Assembly (NCBI GenBank): GCA_964646355.1
Contig: CAZYEE010000001.1
Coordinates: 15,191 to 22,792 of the forward strand
Direction of reading: 5' to 3'
From: an uncultured archaeon
Lineage (GTDB): Archaea; Asgardarchaeota; Lokiarchaeia; Helarchaeales; HEL-GB-B
DNA: 7,602 nt
Shown here: positions 1 through 5,702 of the stretch, piece by piece
Numbering within the stretch: the first letter of the stretch is position 1
Layout of the letters: each line of letters begins with the position of its first letter
The notes under the pieces: model-generated
What the model saw: the letters and a program-made list of their open reading frames with translations, nothing else
Told to the model about the DNA's origin: nothing
Database searches by the model: none
Made by a program: the position numbers and the translations under genes

Positions 1-53
1 TTAGTACGCAAGTTCAATTAATAAAAGATCCTATACCAAAAAGTGAGTCTTTA

Positions 54-1094
54 TTGCAGAAAGCATTAACTGATGATTCTCAATTTGATGTAAATATATG
101 GTTAAAAATTATAAAACACGAATCTAGCGGTTCATTAATTCGAAAAGCGTTAGATATTGCAAATCAAGGAAAATATTATGGTGTTTCTAGTTATTTAGAT
201 TCTATAATTAAAAAACCAATCATTGAATCGGGTATTACTAGTGATGATATTAAAAAAATGATTGCTGCGTTTAAAAAAATCGAAAAAAGATATGCATCTG
301 AAGATGCTGTAATTACGGATGTTAGGAAATCGCTTTTAAAAATTCTGAGTAGATTATTTGAATATTTTCCCAATGATATAATCGATTTTTTAATATACAC
401 TCTGAAATTAAATGATACAGAATACCAAAGTATAATATTGAACGAGACAATCAAAATCATGCCTAGGTTAAAGCTATTATCAACTGACCAAATTATTACA
501 GTTCTAGAACAATATCAGGACTTCCTAAGAAATACAGAAAAGTGTAAGATGTGTGGAGGTCCTGTTGAGCCCAATGCTAAATATTGCATATTATGTGGTG
601 CTAAACAGAAAATAAAGAAGAATTCTGAATTAGAGAAATTAATGAGTGAATATAGAAAATTAACAGAACTCGAAAATAAATATAAAAAAATAAAAAGGGA
701 GCGTATAGATTATTTGTTAAGATATACGACCGATAAATTGATTAACATAACTCCCATACTTTCAGAGGTAAGTTATTATATAGAAACAATAAAAACATTG
801 CAAGAAGACCTTGAAACGATCTCTAAATGTGACGATCCAAGTGATTTAACGGACTTTTTTGGGAATAAAGTAAAAACCCTCTTGAAAGATAAGGCAAAAG
901 ACATTGTAAAAGAAGCATTGGATCGCTCAACAGGTGGATTGATTTCAAAAGCGGAAAATATTCTTGAAATTACTCAAGCAGTAAATAAAAGCATTGAACT
1001 TATTAAGACGCAAGAAAAGCTAGATGAAATTTTGTATAAAAAACAGTTGATAAAAAAAGCATATTCCTATAAATTAAATAAATTATCTAACTAA
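54..1094 (+). CDS. Uncharacterised zinc-ribbon plus coiled-coil protein, possibly 5'-truncated by the window edge
   Basis: The ORF track gives 346 aa from TTG at 54. A GTGA Shine-Dalgarno-like motif lies at 43-46. The same frame has no stop back to nt 3, so the gene may begin upstream of the window; the first in-frame ATG is only at codon 69. A CxxC-x10-CxxC motif (CKMCGGPVEPNAKYCILCG, nt 543-602) matches the short zinc-ribbon pattern. The C-terminal ~150 aa is rich in K/E/L heptad-like sequence, suggesting coiled coil. The stop TAA is at 1092-1094. Confidence 0.6.
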   Translation: MQKALTDDSQFDVNIWLKIIKHESSGSLIRKALDIANQGKYYGVSSYLDSIIKKPIIESGITSDDIKKMIAAFKKIEKRYASEDAVITDVRKSLLKILSRLFEYFPNDIIDFLIYTLKLNDTEYQSIILNETIKIMPRLKLLSTDQIITVLEQYQDFLRNTEKCKMCGGPVEPNAKYCILCGAKQKIKKNSELEKLMSEYRKLTELENKYKKIKRERIDYLLRYTTDKLINITPILSEVSYYIETIKTLQEDLETISKCDDPSDLTDFFGNKVKTLLKDKAKDIVKEALDRSTGGLISKAENILEITQAVNKSIELIKTQEKLDEILYKKQLIKKAYSYKLNKLSN

Positions 1095-1141
1095 ACTGAT
1101 TAAAGAGATGGGATTTTAACTCATTAAAAGGGAAGAATAAA

Positions 1142-1528
1142 ATGAATATTAAAAAAATTTTTGGAAAGAATGAGGTAGAATTATCTGATTTTTATTTCCT
1201 TAAGGAGAATAATGATTCTTTTTTCTTGATCGGAAAAAACTTTTTTTCTATCATGCATATATTCAAAATTAATCAATTGGACAAGGACTTCTTTTCCTTA
1301 AATAATTGGAATCCTATTAAAAAATTTAAAATACACGGGCACTCTCAGGTTTACCAGAAATCAGAAACATATAAGGAGAAACTTCTTAATTTGAAAAGAT
1401 ATTGCTGGTACTGTGATGAGGAAGATATTTTTTATTTCATAAGTTTAATTTCAATTGACATTGAAAATTCAGAAAATACGGCATCTAACTATATTGACAA
1501 TTTTTTGAAAAATTTGAATTGTCATTAG
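1142..1528 (+). CDS. Hypothetical protein, 128 aa, no recognised family
   Basis: ATG at 1142 is preceded by purine-rich AAGGGAAG (GGGA at 1130-1133, 8 nt spacing). It lies 47 nt downstream of the zinc-ribbon gene on the same strand, so it is probably co-transcribed. A 128-codon open frame is non-trivial in stop-rich AT-rich DNA. A T6 run at 1552-1557 follows shortly after the stop. Confidence 0.55.
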   Translation: MNIKKIFGKNEVELSDFYFLKENNDSFFLIGKNFFSIMHIFKINQLDKDFFSLNNWNPIKKFKIHGHSQVYQKSETYKEKLLNLKRYCWYCDEEDIFYFISLISIDIENSENTASNYIDNFLKNLNCH

Positions 1529-1819
1529 AATAAACAAATGTAATATTGACATTTTTTAGGCAGGATATAACTATAATTAGCTATAAGAATTAAAGAATTA
1601 CGATACATAGCTCATTGATTTATTTTATTAACAAAATTATTCGTATAAAAATTTATTAGTAAAATATCTTCTTAAAAATTTAAGTACAAATAATATTATA
1701 AGTAAAAAATTAGTAATTTATTGAAGAGCAGACCAGAAAAATACTTTTGATTGAAAATTTTGTTTAAATTAACTGAAATATTGTCTAAATAAAATAATTA
1801 TTGCTCAAATTATACTAAA

Positions 1820-1906
1820 ACATTTAAAATAAATTAAAATAAATTAAAATATTTAAGACATTTAAAATCTATAAAAATATTTAAAGTGAATAAAAGAAAC
1901 AAAAAA
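1820..1906. repeat. Nested direct and tandem repeats with ~9-10 bp periodic A-tracts upstream of the 76-aa ORF
   Basis: AAATTAAAAT is tandemly repeated at 1831-1840 and 1841-1850. ACATTTAAAAT occurs at 1820-1830 and 1858-1868. AAAATATTTAA occurs at 1846-1856 and 1874-1884. A-tracts start at 1826, 1836, 1846, 1855, 1864, 1873, 1883, 1892 and 1901. Confidence 0.7.
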
Positions 1907-1924
1907 TTTTATGTGTGATGTAAG

Positions 1925-2155
1925 ATGGTATTACAAAAAATTGTAAAATATGGTGCTAGATGGGATATTAACAATCATCAAGGCATTATTTCGTTATTAT
2001 ATGATTCAGGAGATTGGCAACATTTAACAGTAAAGGATCCGATGGAATTTTTTGTAATTGTTGACCTTCTTAGAAATGAAAAACCAATTCTTTATGATGA
2101 TCAAAAAATTCATGTTATGACAAGTGCTGAAAAGGTCGGAGAGGAAGAATCATAA
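1925..2155 (+). CDS. Hypothetical small protein, 76 aa, acidic C-terminus
   Basis: ATG at 1925 is the first start after an in-frame TGA at 1916-1918. The 77-codon open frame is visibly richer in G/C than the flanking 396-bp and 431-bp spacers. There is no clear Shine-Dalgarno motif. A T5 run follows directly after the stop (2156-2160). I do not recognise the family. Confidence 0.5.
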   Translation: MVLQKIVKYGARWDINNHQGIISLLYDSGDWQHLTVKDPMEFFVIVDLLRNEKPILYDDQKIHVMTSAEKVGEEES

Positions 2156-2323
2156 TTTTTGATAATAGAAAAACTTAAAAAATTCCTTAATTTTTTTCAA
2201 ATTTTCAATGGTAATTTCGATTTCTCATTCTATTATAATTTTTTTATTAAGAAAAGTTCTATTTTTCAAATCATCATAATGAAAATACAATTAATTTGGG
2301 GCTCCAAGTCATGAATATCTAAA

Positions 2324-2373
2324 TAATGGAGTAAAAAATTTTTAATAAAATCTAAATTAATGATACTCCAATA
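2324..2373. repeat. Imperfect inverted repeat (9 of 10 bp) with a 30-nt AT-rich loop
   Basis: TAATGGAGTA (2324-2333) pairs with TACTCCAATA (2364-2373). The 7-bp core TGGAGTA/TACTCCA is perfect. These are among the few G/C-containing words in this spacer. Confidence 0.35.
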
Positions 2374-2586
2374 ATATTTTTGAATAATTTACAATAAATT
2401 TCAGTATAAAGATTTAAAATCAGATAAAATCTTGTTTTTTAAATTGAATTATCTCGAAAATCTAAATAAGAGAAGTATTTATATTATTTATTAAAAATTT
2501 TTTAAATAAAATAAAATTCAAAATTTTATATTATCTTAAAAAAATTAATAGACCATATAAAAATGTGTTAATTTTGAGGAATAAAA

Positions 2587-3054
2587 ATGGTCGAAATAGT
2601 ACCGTATGATTCGAATAATGATTACGAAAAAGTAAAAGAATTAATGGAAGAGTTGACAAAATTTTGGGGCCAAAGTTTTAATGTAGAGCAATTCAATGCC
2701 TCATTATCTCGTAGAACTAATGACCCAGTCAATAAAGAGGGTATTTTGCTTGCAAAAGAGGGAAATGAAGTTTTAGGGATGATATGGTGCGAGGTGGTTT
2801 TCCAGCCCTCGACAGGCACTTATGGAAGGATCTCAAATTTCGTTGTGAGAAAAGAAGCGCGTGGTAAAGGAATTGGAAAGAAATTGATCGAAAGCGCAAT
2901 TAAATTCTTTGTTGAAAATAATGTTAGCAGAGTACAAGCTAATGCTAGAAATTTGGATAAAGAAGGAAGGTTGTACTCGAAATATGGATTTAAGCCCCTT
3001 TATTTTGTATTAGAAACTAAGTTGGATATGGAATATTTTACGAAATCATATTAA
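2587..3054 (+). CDS. GNAT-family N-acetyltransferase, 155 aa
   Basis: The acetyl-CoA-binding motif A (R/Q-x-x-G-x-G/A) is present as VVRKEARGKGIGKKLIESAIKF. Length and secondary-structure order are typical for the family. A GAGG Shine-Dalgarno motif lies at 2576-2579, 7 nt before the ATG. Confidence 0.9.
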   Translation: MVEIVPYDSNNDYEKVKELMEELTKFWGQSFNVEQFNASLSRRTNDPVNKEGILLAKEGNEVLGMIWCEVVFQPSTGTYGRISNFVVRKEARGKGIGKKLIESAIKFFVENNVSRVQANARNLDKEGRLYSKYGFKPLYFVLETKLDMEYFTKSY

Positions 3055-3115
3055 TATAAAATAAATTTAGTGTCCGAAGATCAGACATTTAAAAAAAGAA
3101 TGAGATTAAAAAAGG

Positions 3116-4387
3116 TTAATCTCCCCAATTCTGACTTTCTTTTGGAGCTCGTAAATTCATTTCTCTAAAAACTTCTCTTTGGACTAAATATCGTAAAATT
3201 TCATTAGTCCCAGCTGTTATTTTTGATAATCTACTACCTCTAACCAATCTTTCGACAATATATGCATTACTACCATCTGGGAGCAGGTATTTTTTCTGTG
3301 TTTCGTTCCATTCGCCTTTAATATAGCCTAATCCACCACAGATTTGTAAAGCCTCATTTGTTATTTCGTATGCTACATCAGTAGCAAATATTTTAGCAAT
3401 ACCGCTAATTTTGCTGGCGTTTAATCCAGCATCTATTGTTTTTGCCGATTGATAGACTAGATTTCGGGCTGCTTCTAGCTTTATAGTCATGTCAGCGATT
3501 TTAAAATTAATTGCTTCAAATCTTCGAATAGGAGTACCGAATTGTATTCTTTTATTTGCATGCTTAGCAGCAATTTCAAGAGCTCTTCTAGCGATACCGC
3601 ATGCACCAGCGGATGCCAGAGTGCGTTCGCTATCCAATTCATCTAATAAAATTTCAGCACCCATACCTCGTTTTCCGATTAAATTTTCTTTTGGAACCTT
3701 CATATTTCTGAATCTTAAATAAGAGTTTTTAAGTCCCCAAACTCCCATTAAATTAAAATCACAAACAACTTCAAAACCTTCAAATCCTGGTTCAATTACA
3801 AATGCGCTAATCCGAGAATGGGGACTTTCCTGTTCGTCTGTTATTGCCCATAAAACCAGAAAATCTGCCTGACTTCCATTGGTTATAAAGCGTTTTTCAC
3901 CATTGATAATGAAATATTCGCCATCATCTGATTCTACTGCACGAGTACGCATAGAGCCAATAATATCAGAGCCGGCTCCAGGTTCTGTCATTGCAATTGC
4001 TGCGATATAATCACCACTCAACACCTTGGGTAGATATTTCTGTTTCAACTCTTCAGAACCGTATCGCATTATTGGTATTGATCCAAATATTGAACAATCT
4101 AATGCAGCTGTTAGTGCTTGTGTTGCCCAGCTAATTTCCTCGCCGAGAATGCACCCATAAGTAACACCGAGTTCAGTCCCACCAACAGATTTTGGAAACA
4201 AGGTCCTTAAATATCCTTTTTCGCCCAATTTTTTGAATAAATGTCTGGGAAAAAGTTTTTCATGTTCAATGATATCTGCTTCAGGAAGTATTTCGGAATG
4301 AACGAATTTTCTTACTTCATTACGAAATTTACGCTCATCTTCAGTCTCGAAGATACTAAATGTCCTATATAAGGGCTCTACATCCAT
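3116..4387 (-). CDS. Acyl-CoA dehydrogenase family flavoprotein, 423 aa
   Basis: ACAD signatures are present: AMTEPGAGSD, INGEKRFITNG and CGGLGY...AGTNEI. AGGTAGGT lies 6 nt upstream of the ATG on the minus strand. The gene is convergent with the GNAT gene across a 61-bp gap. Confidence 0.93.
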   Translation of the reverse strand: MDVEPLYRTFSIFETEDERKFRNEVRKFVHSEILPEADIIEHEKLFPRHLFKKLGEKGYLRTLFPKSVGGTELGVTYGCILGEEISWATQALTAALDCSIFGSIPIMRYGSEELKQKYLPKVLSGDYIAAIAMTEPGAGSDIIGSMRTRAVESDDGEYFIINGEKRFITNGSQADFLVLWAITDEQESPHSRISAFVIEPGFEGFEVVCDFNLMGVWGLKNSYLRFRNMKVPKENLIGKRGMGAEILLDELDSERTLASAGACGIARRALEIAAKHANKRIQFGTPIRRFEAINFKIADMTIKLEAARNLVYQSAKTIDAGLNASKISGIAKIFATDVAYEITNEALQICGGLGYIKGEWNETQKKYLLPDGSNAYIVERLVRGSRLSKITAGTNEILRYLVQREVFREMNLRAPKESQNWGD

Positions 4388-4514
4388 AAAATAACCTACC
4401 TATTTTAATTCTATTAAATGATCCATGATTCTGATTTATAAGATACCTAAATATTTAAAGTAATAAATTTAAGAATGAATTATTTTTTTCAAATAAATAA
4501 AGATAGTTTCAAAA

Positions 4515-4536
4515 TTTGAATTAAAATTGAATTAAA
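4515..4536. repeat. 11-bp tandem repeat (TTTGAATTAAA / ATTGAATTAAA) in the divergent ACAD/membrane-gene spacer
   Basis: TTGAATTAAA occurs at 4516-4525 and again at 4527-4536, about 60-80 bp upstream of the ATG at 4597. It is a possible operator or promoter element, but only the repeat itself is seen. Confidence 0.4.
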
Positions 4537-4596
4537 GAATCAAAACTACTTACGACTATAAACAGATAGATGAAATTATATAAGAAGGAGATTAGA

Positions 4597-4980
4597 ATGA
4601 GCGAGAAAATTTTGAAGATTTTTTTACAGTTTTGTGGAATAGTTGAGGTAATTATAGGGCTTATATTAATATTTATAGCACCGGTAATAGAAGCATTAGG
4701 ATTAAGCACGATACCAATATTAAATCAGATGGCAGGAGTCGAAATGATGATCTTAGGGATGCTCTTATGGTATTCAGCGAAAGACGTTAAAAAATATATG
4801 ATAATTATTTTTGGATCACTAATGTTAAGATATGTAATGCCGATTTTTGAGATTCTTGGTGCATTTACGATTCTATCAATGTTTACCTTTTTAATTGGTG
4901 CAAGTATTTATGACCTGAGTACTGCGACGATAACAATTTTATTATTAATGAGAGAAGGTTATTTATTCAAAAAAGACTGA
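4597..4980 (+). CDS. Small integral membrane protein, about 127 aa, four predicted TM helices
   Basis: The track ORF starts at 4570. However, AAGGAG (4585-4590) sits 6 nt before the ATG at 4597, so I prefer 4597. There are four hydrophobic stretches (IFLQFCGIVEVIIGLILIFIAPVI, GVEMMILGMLLWY, YMIIIFGSLMLRYVMPIFEIL, FTFLIGASIYDLSTATITILLL). No family is recognised. Confidence 0.7.
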   Translation: MSEKILKIFLQFCGIVEVIIGLILIFIAPVIEALGLSTIPILNQMAGVEMMILGMLLWYSAKDVKKYMIIIFGSLMLRYVMPIFEILGAFTILSMFTFLIGASIYDLSTATITILLLMREGYLFKKD

Positions 4981-5099
4981 ATTTGAACAGAAAACAATAA
5001 AAAAATAGTAATTTTATCATATCCATTCTTTTTATTTAAATAGATTAAGCATTATGAACAGTGTTAATAAATAATAATTTAATTAAACAAGTGAGTAAT

Positions 5100-5702
5100 A
5101 TGAATATAATACTTGCCAGTCAAAGTCCAAGAAGATCTCAGATTTTAAATCAAATAAGAATAGTACATAAAGTTGTTCCAAGTGATATTGAGGAAAATAT
5201 TGATTTAGAATTAAAGCCTGAGGAACTTGTAAAAAAGATAGCATTATTAAAAGCTAAATCAGTTGCAAAAAAGGAAAAAGGATTGATTATTGGTGCGGAT
5301 ACTATAGTATATAAGGATGAGGTCCTTGGGAAACCCATAGATTTACAAGATGCTAAGAATATGCTAAGAAAATTATCTGGAGTTTCGCATACAGTATACA
5401 CCGGAATTGCAATGATAATTAACGTTGATAATTATAAAGAAGTCGTTGATTATGAAAAGACAATTATAAAGATGAGAAAAATCTCCGATAGTGAAATTAA
5501 TAAATATCTTGAGATGGGAGAATATAAAGATGCAGCGGGTTCTTATAAAATTCAAGGGCTGGCAAGCTTATTTATTGAAAGAATTGAGGGTTGCTATTTT
5601 AACGTAATGGGCTTTCCTATTTTTAAGTTTTATAAGCTATTAAAGGATCTTAATATAGATATTTGGAATTTAATTGGAGAAAATGATAAGAATGAATATT
5701 GA
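5100..5702 (+). CDS. maf: Maf-family nucleoside triphosphate pyrophosphatase (septum formation protein Maf), about 200 aa
   Basis: The canonical Maf N-terminus MNIILASQSPRRSQIL begins at ATG 5100. The GTG at 5061 in the track would add an atypical 13-aa extension. The conserved GADT and YKIQG motifs are present. A GTGA Shine-Dalgarno-like motif lies just upstream. Confidence 0.9.
   Translation: MNIILASQSPRRSQILNQIRIVHKVVPSDIEENIDLELKPEELVKKIALLKAKSVAKKEKGLIIGADTIVYKDEVLGKPIDLQDAKNMLRKLSGVSHTVYTGIAMIINVDNYKEVVDYEKTIIKMRKISDSEINKYLEMGEYKDAAGSYKIQGLASLFIERIEGCYFNVMGFPIFKFYKLLKDLNIDIWNLIGENDKNEY

Noticed and set aside
191-460. 89-aa minus-strand ORF inside the zinc-ribbon gene
   Set aside because: It lies fully antisense within a longer, better-supported plus-strand frame. 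Its product is low-complexity and hydrophobic, typical of shadow ORFs in AT-rich DNA, and it has no ribosome-binding site.
1546-1577. Consensus TTGACA (1546-1551) and TATAAT (1572-1577) hexamers downstream of the 128-aa gene
   Set aside because: The spacer between them is 20 nt rather than about 17. ATTGACA also occurs at 1454-1460 and 1494-1500 inside the CDS. Such hexamers are expected by chance in this composition, and the host domain is unknown.
1749-1776. C/D-box-like words (TGATTGA then CTGA; also two CTGA on the minus strand at 2401-2426) suggesting an archaeal snoRNA-like sRNA
   Set aside because: There is no proper RUGAUGA C box. The box spacing (17 nt) does not fit the ~12-nt guide architecture, and no terminal stem is present.
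1925-2155. 76 aa matches the length of ubiquitin, raising a possible ubiquitin-like modifier
   Set aside because: It has no C-terminal GG, ending instead in GEEES. It shows no resemblance to the ubiquitin sequence pattern. The shared length is coincidence only.
2622-2819. 65-aa minus-strand ORF inside the GNAT gene
   Set aside because: It is antisense to a CDS with clear family motifs, so it is a shadow frame.
1925-3054. The 76-aa ORF plus the GNAT gene as a GNAT-toxin/antitoxin pair
   Set aside because: Known GNAT toxin systems (TacT, AtaT, KacT types) have the small antitoxin gene immediately adjacent or overlapping. Here the genes are 431 bp apart and the GNAT gene has its own ribosome-binding site. 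The small protein also shows no obvious RHH-like N-terminus.
3070-3088. Short hairpin (TGTC/GACA with a G-T wobble, 9-nt loop) between the convergent GNAT and ACAD genes as a bidirectional terminator
   Set aside because: The stem has only 4-5 bp. The plus strand has only three T after it. The oligo-T runs on the minus strand (complements of 3089-3097 and 3109-3114) may suffice without the hairpin, so support for a structured terminator is too weak.
3489-3722. 77-aa plus-strand ORF inside the ACAD gene
   Set aside because: It is antisense to a CDS with unambiguous ACAD motifs, so it is a shadow frame.
4521-4709. 62-aa minus-strand ORF overlapping the start of the membrane-protein gene
   Set aside because: It overlaps the better-supported plus-strand gene, which has a strong AAGGAG site. 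Part of it lies in the spacer and it has no start context.
5150-5555. Two minus-strand ORFs (83 aa and 60 aa) inside maf
   Set aside because: They are antisense to a CDS with canonical Maf motifs, so they are shadow frames.
4570-5691. Longer N-terminal extensions in the ORF track (starts at 4570, 5061 and 5674)
   Set aside because: Downstream ATGs at 4597, 5100 and 5692 fit better. At 4597 a ribosome-binding site (AAGGAG) sits 6 nt upstream. At 5100 and 5692 the resulting N-termini match those typical of the family. The extensions are kept only as alternatives.
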